Source: Utricularia gibba
Taxonomy: Eukaryota > Plantae > Magnoliophyta
Assembly: GCA_002189035.1 (NCBI GenBank)
Contig: CM007989.1
Coordinates: 1,426,001-1,490,000, forward strand
Direction: 5' to 3'
DNA: 64,000 nt
Under the pieces are notes generated by a model, which was given only the letters and a program-made list of their open reading frames with translations, was not told where the DNA came from and did not search any database. The position numbers and the translations under genes are program-made. This document shows, one piece after another, positions 25,901 through 38,899 of the stretch (position 1 is its first letter; each line of letters opens with the position of its first letter).

Positions 25901-26793
25901 CTATACAGGAGGAATGTTGGCAAATGAGAAGCCCTTGTACCCCTTGTATGCGTAGTAGGCAATCCTCGTGTAGTAGAAACCAGGAAGGAATAGCATTGCA
26001 CCCAGAACGGAGAAGAATATCCCTGAAAAAACAGATTGAAATCAAAATTAAAGTTAGATCGAAATCACATGAGGAGCTTGATCTTTGGAAATGTACTGCT
26101 AGAAAGCAAAAACTACATTTGTTGTCAAGCATTCAAAGGGAACGGTCATAAACTACGCGAAGATTTCAGAGTTAGAAAACAGAAAATTACACAGGCTTTC
26201 AAGCACGCAGGAAAAACAAAAAAAACTGCAAAACCATGGATAGATCGCAGCATCTATATGATAATGCCACGATTTCCGGTTTCAATTCTACAGATTCGGT
26301 CCAATTGGTTTTAGAGGATGAGAAGGTTCAACCATAGATCTCAGATTCACATATAAAACTCGCAGTTAGTCATGCTAAGCAGCAGAAAACCTGAACTTGG
26401 CGCAATTTCGTCAGACACAACTTTCATTAGAAAGGAGACGAAATAAGTCAAATAATAGGAATAACTTCTAATCAAGCAACTTGGCGTTTCAAGAGCTGCG
26501 AGAAGAACTAAAAGTTGCAATAACTCCCCAGAATCTTCAGACTAGCAATACCCACACGCCACCGAGCTTCACAAAAAAGGAAAAAATGTAAAGAAAAAAT
26601 CACCGTGAGCTCTGTCGCCCCCGACTTCATTTACAGCCATGGCAATTCCGACGACAATTGCGACGGTGCCGAAAACAAGTAAAGCCACGGCGAGGCCGAT
26701 CTCCTTGATGGGTGGCTTGTTGTTAACGATGTACGAGGTTTCCATCATAATATCTTCATCCGAAATCGAGAACGCGTGATCTACGTACGCCAT
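25901..26793 (-). CDS. TMEM230: Transmembrane protein 230 (UPF0414) homologue
   Basis: Exons 26793-26604 and 26022-25901. [21 protein letters not shown]...[10 protein letters not shown]...[40 protein letters not shown]. Confidence 0.92.
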
Positions 26794-27452
26794 TGAAGAT
26801 GGCTCCAGCAAGTCGAATTGGGTTTAAGACAAGAGTTGCAGGAAGAGACGCACAGAACGCAAAACCACGGCTGCTGTGGTTTGCGTGAGACGGAGTTGCA
26901 GGAATGGACGTATTAGCTCCGTAATCCCATAGGCAACATAAATGTCAAATTAAAAGTCATCAGATTTCACAGAGTCAAACACAGGCATCGGCGACGCGAT
27001 TAACGAGACCCACAGCTCCATCGTTATCTCCCCCGATTTAAAGAACCCGATCGTCATTCAATTTCTAGGGTTCCTCCCAATCCCCATTTTCGTCACTCTT
27101 CAGAATTCAGATCAGATCTTCCCAGTCTTGTATCTTCACCAATTGCCTTTCTTTTTTTTTTTAATTTTCCTTATTTATAATGGAAATTATACTTTTTAAG
27201 GAATTTATGATAATCCTAATTATTTTATTAATTTACGTGAAAACTGGAGAATAAATATTTTGACGTGAAATTGCATATAAATTAAAACGTCGACGTTTTC
27301 TTGGGAATGGTGAATGTGGGTGTATATAAAGAATGCGCACCTGAGTTCAAAAATCCAGCACCAGCAGACTGAGGCTGAGGGGGCCATTGATTCTGTTAGT
27401 TAAAGCTCTCTGCTTTTTTACTCGTCTGTTCTCTTCTCTCTACCAATCCCCG

Positions 27453-28262
27453 ATGGCCATTTTCAGGCTGCCCATCTCCCTCTCCCAACAAACCGCGCTG
27501 GTGGAAGATGCTCCACCACCGGCTGCTGCCACACGCATAACCGCTCTGACTCCGGGAATCACTGCCATAGTCGCCGGCCTGGCGGCCCTCTTCTCCATCA
27601 CTTTCTTCTTGCTTCTGTACGTCATGTACTGCAAAAGGCCCATTCCCTCGAGCGACACGAGGAGAGCGCCGCAATCGAAGAGGAACTCTGGAGTTGACAG
27701 GGGAGTGATTGAGCTGCTCCCGTTGTTCCGATTCTCTGCGGTGAAGGGGCGGCGGACGGGGGTGGAGTGCGCCGTCTGTCTCAGTAGGTTCCGCCCGGAG
27801 GAGCTCCTCCGGCTGCTCCCCAAATGTAAACACGCTTTTCACGTAGAGTGTGTGGATACGTGGCTCGACGGGCACTCGACGTGCCCGATTTGCCGGTACA
27901 GAGTTGACCCAGAAGATGTGCTCCTCGTCTTCAGCGGAGCTCCCGCCAAGGGGAAAGTATTCACAGCTCCGAGGATTCCCGGGCGCCACTCCTCCGCCGG
28001 CGATTTCGAGAAATCCCTCGAAATTGTTCTGGAGAATCCGGGGGCAACTGACTTCAGGGGACGCGTCTCTTTGGATAGCTGGTACTGGAATTCACGTAGG
28101 AAAAACAGAAAGAGGAGGGACGAGGTACTGCCGCTGAATGAGGAGAAGAGACACTGCGGCGGCGGAATCGTAGATAAGGGCGAGGAAGACGACGAGTCCG
28201 GGAGTGGCAAAACCGTAGTTAGAGCGGAAAGCGTGGGTGAAATGGGAGTACATAAGCAGTAG
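27453..28262 (+). CDS. ATL-family RING-H2 E3 ubiquitin ligase (ATL42/43-like)
   Basis: Single exon. N-terminal TM helix, SGVDRGVIELLPLFRF (GLD-like), RING-H2 CAVCLSRF...LPKCKHAFHVECVDTWLDGHSTCPICR. Confidence 0.9.
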   Translation: MAIFRLPISLSQQTALVEDAPPPAAATRITALTPGITAIVAGLAALFSITFFLLLYVMYCKRPIPSSDTRRAPQSKRNSGVDRGVIELLPLFRFSAVKGRRTGVECAVCLSRFRPEELLRLLPKCKHAFHVECVDTWLDGHSTCPICRYRVDPEDVLLVFSGAPAKGKVFTAPRIPGRHSSAGDFEKSLEIVLENPGATDFRGRVSLDSWYWNSRRKNRKRRDEVLPLNEEKRHCGGGIVDKGEEDDESGSGKTVVRAESVGEMGVHKQ

Positions 28263-30183
28263 ATGACGATTCGGCACGGAATCCCCGAACCTAGCAGGCA
28301 TGGGCCATGGGGGCATGGGACTCCTAGCTGTAACCCCTGTCAGAAAATTTATATCCGCAAAATACTTTTGATTTGTACTTTATTTTTTTCCTTGCAAATC
28401 AGCCACCATTTCCCTCTATAAAAAATTACCACGCACCCCTCGCTCCAATTAATGCCAAATAAAAATTCCATTTTTTTTAATTTGAAAACATTTTTACCGA
28501 AACAAACTTTCTTTGAAATTTGGTTAGTTTCTCAAAATTGAAATCTGGGTTCAAAAAATTTGAATGTTTGAACAGTAGTAACATCACTCTCGAGCATTCA
28601 TTCATGTGGTGTTATTTATGCAAAAAGGCCCCCCACCCCCGCAGAAGGACCAACCTTGTTAATTTGTCTGAAAAGGGCACAAGCTTCTTACCAGAAGACA
28701 CCCACCCCACAAAGTAATCATGTTTCATTGAAGATAACACAATCCCTCTGTGGTGATGCGGTTTCCACCTTGATGCCTCCGAAAACTGCCACCTCCTCGC
28801 CAGAGTGAAAATTTAGTATTGGAGAAAGGTACCAAATTTCACCTTATTAATTGAAATTTAATCTTGATATGTTTGAAAACGAGTTATACCTCACATACGT
28901 GAAAAGTTTAATTTTTTAGATCAAATTGGATTTTTAAAATATTCTTAAAATCCAAAAATCTATATGTAAGAGAAGAAGACGTATAAATCAAATCCCAAGA
29001 GAAGTGTAAATTAGATTCCAAAAACCTCTAATGCCCGCGTGTGGGTAGGCTAATCCCACGTTATTTCTACTTCGAATTCATTAGAGTTAGACGTCTATGT
29101 ATTCAACGTTGATTGAGATCGTATTCTCAACATGAACATGTATTGATAGTTTCTCGTTTCGATTTTCAACATCATGTGGGGCACCATGAGTATAGTAAAA
29201 GAGCCGGTCCGTGGTTCACCAGTCCGGGTTGTGTGATGATTGAATGAACCGCACCAATCAGGACACCAACCAATTCTATGTTAGAAAAACTAAAGTTAGT
29301 TGCGGAGTCACACAGTGCATGGCCCAAGGTGTCGCCTCACCCACACCCACACCCTCATCGTCCTTTGACTCTCCTCCTCCTGTATTGACCCTCTGAACCA
29401 CCTGCCACTCCACAGAGGGGATGCTACCCGTGTGCCTGCTGGTATATATACATATGAACAAATTGATGGCTAGATTTGTTAACGGTCCATGCTTCATCGC
29501 TGATCTATTGTTCTTTGGGTAAACTGGTCTGGAAGATGGTACATCGTGGTCATGATACCATCCATCAATGTCAGAGATGTTGTAAAAATTAGATGATATT
29601 ACTCGGGTCATTTAGAAAAATGATCAAATTTTAAAAATTTTAAATTATAGATAATTACTTTTCTCACACAATATATGATATTCATAAGATGATTGAAGGA
29701 TGCATTTTAGAAAAAAATGATCATTCATTATTAAATTAATTTCAAAGATAATTATTTTTTTGGCATAAGGTGGTCAATTTTTTTAGATGATCTGATAACA
29801 ACATGAATATTTATTATTTTGAGGCAAGAAATTATTGAAATTGTGGCGTTCGAAAATGGACAAACGTGGTCTTTGTCTTGTCCTCCACAGCCCAATGGAC
29901 AGTTGAGATTGGAGCAGGGATTCGAATGGAATCTCACGATTTTTTTATCCATTCTTTTTTCCTATGTACAGATTTTGTTGTCTGCCTGTCTATGGCAGTT
30001 CCGCCTACTCCAAAAAAGATAATAATAATAATATTATTTTTTTAATAAATATACAACTAGATAAACATGCACCAAATATGGATGGTTTTTGCATGGAATA
30101 TTGGATAAAAATTGAATATTTATTTATTAATACCGATGAATGATAGCTAAATACACTGTGTTGGTCGTCGTGGGGCTTGTCTA

Positions 30184-33100
30184 TCAGAACAAATGGACTG
30201 ATGACTTGATCTTGTTCTGCTTCCATTTTGGTAGCTTGTAGAACGAGCTTCTTTTCATGCCGAGTTTGTCTTGAAATTCTTGGGAGTTCAAGTAACGCTG
30301 CCACAGCAACCAAGAGAATGACGACGAAGGTAATGAAGTATGGCGGCTCCATGAAAACTGTACCTCTCTTCTCGTCACGTCGATGCCTTCAATGGGGTCA
30401 GTCGAGTTCGTCACGAGGCGCTCGTAGGGGTAGTTTGGGAGGCCCTCTTCGTCTGTGGAGTCTTCTGCTTCCTTTGCGTCTTCCTCTATGGTTTCAGGCT
30501 TGGTTTCCATCATGTCTCCCATGCTTTCCATGGATCGTGTCTCCGTGTTCGCTGGAGGCAATGAGTTGCAGTTCATCAAGAGAGAGTTTAAGGGAGTATT
30601 TGTAAGCTCAAAAAGGTTAAATCTTTACTGGAGCGTGGTGTGAGGAAGCGGCTGGTTGACCCTGACTGCTGGAAGCTTGCTGTTAGAGCAGATATGGCTG
30701 TTGATCTTGTCGTTGGGTTGTCCGAATCACTGGCTGATCTGGGATAGAGCTTTGGCATCAGTGGGGGTGGAGTTGACAGGTTTCTTTCCTTTGTGCTTTC
30801 GAACTTGGATGCCAAGGCATGGAAAGCAGGGGATTTGCCTCTGACTCTAGGCCTGTCATTGCTGAAAACAGAGACACTTCTTGAACGTAGTGGCTTTTCT
30901 TGTGTGGCGGATCTTGCACCAAACGGAACGGGTGCTCGTCTTCTCGCTTTCTACTATTTGCGGTACGTATAAGAACCCAGAGGAAGGAAGTAGTGTGGTG
31001 GAGATAAGTGATCAGAAACTCACATCAAACACTGGTGTGCCTCCGTTTTTAAGAATTGCAAGTTTCCTTTGAAAGGAGTTTCCATGCATCTGTGAAACCA
31101 ACTTGGAGAATTGAACTCAATGAAGAGAATCAAGAAAGGAATAAAGAAGAAGGGCGGCTTACGGTGGATTTTGTGGCGTCCCAAGTGAAGAAACGAGTGA
31201 AAAATGCTGGTTCGTTTCCTTCTGTAACAACGTAAATTGGAGTGTGTGGAGAAAGTCTCTCAAGTGGCACATCAATCTCAAGAAACTTCTGCAGTAGCAG
31301 GAAACATGCTGTAAGAATAGTGACCTTTAGCTCCTATTTTGAGAGACATACCACCAGTGATTGGTTCTATACCTTTCCTAGTGATAGTGCATCTTTCTTG
31401 CTCTTTAGCTCAACCTGTTGTCCCACCCACACGTAGATATCCGAACGGCAGTTGAGAATGAAAACATCTTCAGTCATCAGATCATCTTGGTTGAAGTTGT
31501 ACACCTCTGTGACCTGCAATGTAGCCATCTCAAAGCTTACTACAGAACATTAGAAAATGGACAGCAGAGACGGAGTGAGTTTCCAATATGAATATCAAGT
31601 TTCTGGTTGAATGTGCGCAACTCGGAAGCCGTAGATGATACCTTGAGATCTCCTAGAAGTGAGCAGAACGGGAAAATTTAGCCAAATTCACCAAAAAGGT
31701 TATGGAGAGAAACACCGAACATTTGTACAAAAGGGATGTCATACCATTTGCCAAAGTGCAGGAGAACAGATGAGGATCATTTTCAGCGACTCTCGAAATT
31801 TTCCGGTTCGAGTATTCTGTTTTGCCACCGAGTAATTCCCAAAACTGTTCATTTTCTACACCTTCTTTCAAATACCTCGATGGCATGTTTGGCTGCCAGT
31901 TTGTAGAACTGTTCAGTTTCAAAAACTTTGTATATTGAAAAGGTGACCGCAACATGAAGCGAACCTTTATAATATCGAGCTGCCTCTCCACTAGTTCTTG
32001 ATCTTCAGGAGTTGTAAGACTGCCAGACCATGTTAAGACAGTGGATCCATTGTGTAGTATGTAAGAATAGCTTGAGTTCAACGATGACGCTTTCTGTGTG
32101 GATCCAGAAACAAATTTAAGTTCACTTCCATTGAAAATAGATGATCTTTAGATAGTTGAATGCTTACAGGTTCAACTTGGATGGCTTGCATATTATCTGG
32201 TCCACTTCCTTGAACCTGAAACAACGCAAGGCCATCCTCGCTGTATGTATCGTCTTCATCGCCCTTCTCTGATATGTAATTCTTGTATGCATCACTGAGA
32301 CCGCCCTAAATTTATGCCATGGAGTTTGAACCGTAAGTAGTCTTGGATACAAATAATATGAGAGTTTGACAGAAAAGGTAACTCTGAGATGAGTATTATC
32401 TACGTTCTTCCAAACCTTAAACAAGATGAAGCTCTGGAAAATGGCAAAGAAGAGGAGTGGCTCATGCCCTTCATGAATATGTGCCTGAGCTGGTATGAAC
32501 TTCATTTCCTCAACCATCTTCGTAGCCTGGGATGTTGCGCCAGTTGAATCTTCCTAACCATCATCGACAACGCCATAAGACAAAGAAGTTGATGCAGAGT
32601 CAACATTTTGCAGAAAGTAAGCACGTCAACTTCAGTAAGTTCAAAAAGCAGCTGAAGGTTCACCTCAACACTGTGCTTCCCAATCCATGTTCCAATGAGA
32701 TACTCGGGTCGTACTTCTCCAGGGTAAGAATACTGAAAGATGTAACAGTCTCCAGTATAGAGCTTGAACTGATCAGAATCTGCAAGAAGAGTCCTCTCCA
32801 GGCCATTCACACGCCATACCTGCAATGAAGCAACGACTTTCAGTTGAGAAGATAAGAATCAATGAGCAACCTAAACTCCCACGCACCTGCAGATCACCGG
32901 TGCAGTCTATTGAAGGTTGAGTTTCAGCCTTGGGAGATTCTGTTTTCACAAGCCCCTTGACATTAACACCTTGCCGTCGCAACATTGCTGTGGATAAAAG
33001 CAAGAGCCTAAGGCAACAATGGCAAATAGAAAGTTGCTCAAAGTTCTTAGTACTCACATGCAACCTTCCCTTTACCACTTCCCTCACACTCAGTTTCATT

Positions 33101-34817
33101 ATTTGGTTGAGGCCATGAACCAAACTTTGATCGGAACATCACTGTCTCATGCCCTCAGTTACACGCACTACATGAGACTTCGATCTATCAAGAGTACGAA
33201 TTAACTCCTATAAGAAGCCCACAACAAATAAAAATCTTCAATTAAAAGTATGAAAACAGAAGTGCAACTTTTAACTTAAAAAATAGATATACATACATCA
33301 GCTGCATTGGAAGCTGCCTTCCTTTCATCGAGAGAAGTATTTCTCCCAATCCAGATGAAGATTTCGATTCCGCAATCCAGAATGTAGCATTTCCTCGAGT
33401 CTAGTATCTCCCTGGTTAGAGATTCAACCTCCATGGAACTTGCTTTTCCCTTCTCAACACTTGAAAAAGATGGTATCAACAATAAAAATGTGAAAATTTC
33501 AAGGTTGAATCTCATTGATTTGCTGACATTAAATGGCCCTATAACACATTGAGTAATGACTAATGAAGCAACAGCAGTAAAAACTAATACCAGAAGAGTT
33601 TCATATCAATCGCATCATTAGTTGAAGATTCTTCAACATGTGCCTTCTTTTGAAGTGGTGCAAAGCCACCAAATACACCCCAAAACTCACCAGTTGCAGC
33701 ATCAGCCATGAGTTTTCCATCTTCTGCAATGAACAAGAAACAACATTACAGCCCAAGCTTCTTAAATCGAGGACCATAAAAAGATAGAAACAAGATGTAT
33801 CCAAGCTTCTCATGGTTACCGATGGATGCTATTTCACATTTTCCATCATGATATGCGTCTTTAACATACTGAACAACTTCTAAAGCTTTAGCCCTTTCTT
33901 GAATACAAGAGTTGGAGCCATTAAATTGGAAAATCTTAGATTCAGTATCCAGTATAAAAATATCATCGTGATTCAGGGAGGACCGAGCAAAAGGTACCTG
34001 TTGATAACAAGAAAAATGAGTGATCACCAATATAAAAATGCAACGAAAAAACAATTAGCTAGAGTTACCTCTTTTACATGAACTACATGTTTTCCCCTGC
34101 ATACATACAACCGCGTCTGGTATTCTTCTGCCTCAACGTGCTTAAAGCCAGAGGAAAAACCACCCTTCACAGGTATTATACAAGGCTTAAAATACGAAAG
34201 GAATTTCTCCGTTTCATGGCCTTGTAGTTCACGATATTGAACAGCACGGCCTCCAAGTAATGCATCTAGTTCTACTGCCTTAATAGCTGCAGCGCCAGCT
34301 TCGTCCTGTCAACCATGAGTGTCGGAATAAATCTTGAGTCCCATTGTCAAACTGTAGGTCCTTAAAAAAAAAAACAAAGATAGATTAACCTGGCTTGTAT
34401 CTGTGCCCAGCCAATAGTGAATATCATGCCGAAAAGCACCACTCTTGAGGGCAGTTGTCTTCAAAAGAATCATAGGTAAACATGGTGTAGTTGCTGTTCC
34501 ACAAACCAGACAATACTTGCAAACAAGACATATACCTTCAGAACCACATATGAATCACCAGTAAAAAACTTCCCATGCATTTCTGATGCGACCGGAGCCG
34601 GGCTAAGGTTTTCGATTCGCCATATCTCAATGCCACTAGTTTGTATCAAGGTGAACAAAATAAAATTATTCAAATCATCTGCGTTATTCAGCCATTCCTA
34701 AAGTTAATTCTTCCAAGAAACCATTTTCTTTTTCAAAATAGCAACTTTTAACAAAGGATACGCCTTTTGCCCTGCTCCTTGGAAAGCCGGATCCAAGTCT
34801 TTCTTTGACATCGACAT
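30184..34817 (-). CDS. VLN4: Villin (VLN4/5-like) with one apparent -1 frameshift
   Basis: About 21 GT-AG exons traced from [18 protein letters not shown] (34817) through the gelsolin repeats to the headpiece ...[19 protein letters not shown] (30184). Includes an 11-nt micro-exon at 31652-31642. Exon 33207-33058 is 1 nt short of frame. Confidence 0.93.
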
Positions 34818-35471
34818 TGTGTTTCCAGCGCTGTCACCTCAATGCAGCCTGAAAAATATTGAATTCATAAAAAGAAACCCAAATACAAACACAAATCCTC
34901 TGTTTCACCTAGGCAACGCATCAAACAGATCGTATGCAACCACTCGAATCATGCCATCATAAAAAGAAATTCCACGGGAAAGCAGTTTCTGATGAGCATA
35001 ATGTAAAAGCGTCATCATGACCGTTGTTGGTGGGAATACCGAGCAAACTCCCGAATTCACAGGGATGAAAAAAGAAGAGGAATGGCCTTGATTCATGCAT
35101 GGCCATGAAGGTGGAATTCTTTTTCTTACAATTCCCCCTTTTTTTTTCGCAATCTCCGATGCCGGAAAATTCTCACACGCCTCATTCTTGCATTCCGCAA
35201 ATCATGGGAACACAGCTTCAAGAACTTGATTATACATATGATTCCTTGCACCAAGAAACAATTTTATGTTACAAAAATTATAATAAGCAAAATATGAAAT
35301 ATGATTTTTATTCATTATTTCTTTTGAAAAAAATTATATAAAATAGATGTTATTTAAATTAAAAATTAAAAAATTGAATATGTGAAATATTTTTTTGTCC
35401 ATCGGCCCAATTGAAAAATCTATGAAAAACATCATGGCCCTGGGAGGAGGGGGAACGGAATCAAATCAGAA

Positions 35472-36691
35472 ATGGGGAGTCGTTTGCCAGACGAACTCTG
35501 GAGACGAATCATTGAAATCGGCGTCCAGAGCAAGGTATTGAGTTACAGAAGCCTATGTTGCCTGTCGATCGTCAGTCGCCGTCTCCGCCGTCTTGCCGCT
35601 GATGATTCTCTGTGGGCTTCTCTTGTTCTTTCTGATTTCCCGTCTCCCGCCCCGGCCGTACATGAGTCGCGCTTTTCGTCGTCTTCGGAAGAATCCAAGC
35701 ACAAGGGCATGTACAAGCTCAGGTTTGGGTTAAAATTGCCGCGTTAGTTCTGAGTTTATTGTAAGAAAGTTGGTGCCGTTATGCAGCATTGACCGTGAAG
35801 CCTTTGTGCTTGTTTGTTTGTTTGTTTGATTCGATTATTTTGGAAGCAAAACACGATTAATTTTAGTGCTGCAGAAGTGAAATGATGATGCTCTGTGGTA
35901 GGTTTGAGAAAGAAAGAGAACAAAAGCGCTTGGCGCACAGAAGAGCTGTTCTGAGGATTGAGAGTGAAATAGCGGAGCGAATGCGCAAAATTAGGGAATT
36001 GGAGAATCGGGTCTCGGAGGAAAAAGAGAAAATGAATAGTACTGTTTCCGAGCTGATAAATCTTCAAAAGATCAGGTTTATTTCTCTTTGTATTTCTTGT
36101 ACTCTTATGGCATTGAAGGCAGCGGTTGTTGAGCTTAGTTCCACATCACTATGCTTCATGGATCATCCTTACAATTCAATTTTTTTTCGATTGCTAGGCA
36201 AGCTTCGGTTGCTTTGAATGTTTGGCAACCTGAAATTGTTAGGGGTAGACAAAAACTGATGGTCGAGCAAAGCAATGTTCCAGTTGACTTCCGAGCCACT
36301 GCTCTTGAGATGGAGCTGAAGCTGTGCAAGCAACAGATTGCAGGGTTTGATAAGGCCCTTGTATGTGCATGCATTTATCTCTGAAACCAGCTGATATTAT
36401 CCCCTCTTTCAGATGCAAAATTTACTTTTTTGGGTGTTTTGGCAGAGAGCAGAGAAGAGAAGACTCGATGCAGTGCAGGAACAACTGGCTTCAGTTTTAT
36501 ATCATCCCTTGAACTACACTGAGGCCGAGTTCCAAGACTGCAAGATCAAAACTAAAAAGTCAAAAGATGCACCTCAGTTAGAGGTTTCCTGTTTTCCCCA
36601 ACCCGAAATTTACAGTCCCATACATCAATTCTGCATATTGATGTCATTATTTTCCCCTCAGGGCCAGGAGGGGGATGTGAAGTGTACTTGA
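35472..36691 (+). CDS. SKIP24: F-box protein SKIP24-like
   Basis: Exons 35472-35722, 35902-36075, 36198-36360, 36446-36583, 36662-36691 (last tentative). F-box LPDELWRRIIEIG...CCLSIVSRRLRRLA, then QASVALNVWQPEIVRGRQK and YHPL motifs. Confidence 0.87.
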
Positions 36692-37861
36692 CTCCGAAAA
36701 TCATGGCAACCAGTGCTCAAGGAAAGATAGAAACTCTTCCCCATCCTAAGCCTGCAATGGTCTAGATAAAGGGAAAACACTTTGTGTGTAACAAGGAGCA
36801 AGCTCTATATCAGCATTGCGGAATTATCACCATCTGGAGCAATTCAAATGAGTGACTGAACAATGTCGCAGATGCTGTTTGAATCAAATGGTATTCCATA
36901 CGGGGAGATGGCGGCCTCTCCATTTCTATGAGGCTGGTGGGCTTCTTGATACTGCTGGCTTCATGTGTAGTGTAAGTGATCATTGTCTTAAAATGCCAGA
37001 TTTAGGGGTTTGATCCAGTTCAATTGTACGATTCAATAATTTTTATAATTTTTTTTAAGAAATGTGAATTTTTGAAATATTAAATTTAAATAATTATTTA
37101 CATTATTTATGAACATATATTATAATGTTTGAATTTGATTTAATGTATTAAAAAAGAAGCAAGCTACAATTATTAGTAAATCATAGAATGGATTCAATTC
37201 GATTTTAAAAAATTAATAAGCTGCTTCATGCATCTTTTTTTTCAATTCGAAATCCTAGATTTGAATTCACCTCAGTAATTGACATTTTGAGAAGAAAATA
37301 TTGTAAATTTAAAAATAATATTAACAAAATGTTCAATTAATAGATTCAAATTCAAACATCGAGAATTTCAACCCTTAAATTCAGGTCCAGCTGGTAAAAA
37401 GCCCATTTTCGCGGCGTACCAACCTAGGCCCAACCCAATGTGAGACTGGGACCACCACATGACATAAAAGTGGGGCCCCCGGAATTCAAAAAAAAAGTTA
37501 CACAGACAACCAATATTGAAGAATATAATCATTTTTTTAACAATGAGGAGGCGTAATGATAAACAAGTAGGGCTAATAATAGCTAATAATGCACCAAAAA
37601 TAATAATCCCACATGCAAAGCTTTCATATTTAAGTCAACAAGTCTTTAAGAATCCCATGTGATCCCTCCTCCCAAAGTTTAAAAAAATTCATTTATTTTT
37701 ATTGAATTAAAGAGGGGCACTGCTTTTAATTTAATATCCCAATAATTTAAATTTCATTTAATTTATCAGAGTATATAATGGTGGGAAGAGTGAGATGATC
37801 ACATCATTTGTTTGGATGTGAGCGCACCTTTGTGTGGTGGAGGAGGAGGAGAAGAAGAAGA

Positions 37862-38899
37862 ATGGGTAGGCCTCCATGCTGTGAGAAGGAGGGGATCAAG
37901 AAGGGGCCGTGGACGCCTGAAGAAGACATCGTTCTCGTTTCTTATATACAAGAGCACGGCCCCGGGAACTGGCGAGCCGTCCCGACCAACACCGGTGACC
38001 TCCATCGTCTCCGGCCGATGAATCGGCTTGTTTGTGAGTAGGGTTTTGTTTTGAGACTTGGTCTTGTGTGTTTTGTTGCAGGATTGTTGAGGTGTAGCAA
38101 GAGTTGTAGATTGAGGTGGACTAATTACTTGAGACCAGGGATCAAAAGAGGAAACTTTACTCCTCATGAGGAGAGAATGATCATTCATCTTCAAGCTTTA
38201 CTTGGAAACAAGTGAGCTTTATTGCCTTTTCCTGCTCCAAGTTGTGGGTTTTTTGGATGTATATGAATGCTGCTCTGTGTCCTCATCAGGTGGGCTGCAA
38301 TCGCTACATACTTGCCACAGAGAACAGACAACGACATCAAGAACTACTGGAACACTCACTTGAAGAAGAAGCTCAAGAAGCAGCAGCAGCAGCAGCAGTC
38401 GGATCAAGAAATGGGTACCGCCAGTGACTCCGCTACCTCGAAACAGTTCATGACTAAACCCCATTCCGACGGCGACACCGGTAAGATTGCCGATGACAGC
38501 AAGCCCAATCCGGCAATCTACGCCTCCAGTGCTGAGAACATATCAAGGCTGCTGGAGGGCTGGATGAGATCATCTTCCCCCAGCCAAGCTAATCTAAGCC
38601 CAATTTCCAACCCCAGCGATGACAATCGCACCAAGATTTACGGAGACTCGAGGTGCATCCCCGACGGCCCCGTCTCCCTCCAAGGCAATGGAGCCACAAC
38701 TAGCATGAGTTACGAGATGCAGGATAAGGTCTGCGAAGGAGGCCGGCTGATCGACCGGGGACCGCTCCCGATCGGAGTCGAGAACAAGGCCAGGATGGAT
38801 CACAACAGCCATCCGCCATTGACGTTTCTCGAGAAGTGGCTGCTTGATGAAAGTTCAGGGCATGGTGAAGGTCTAATGGAGCTTCCATCCATCTTCTGA
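37862..38899 (+). CDS. MYB60: R2R3-MYB transcription factor, subgroup 1 (MYB60-like)
   Basis: Exons 37862-37994 (133 nt), 38082-38211 (130 nt), 38290-38899. [52 protein letters not shown]. Confidence 0.9.
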
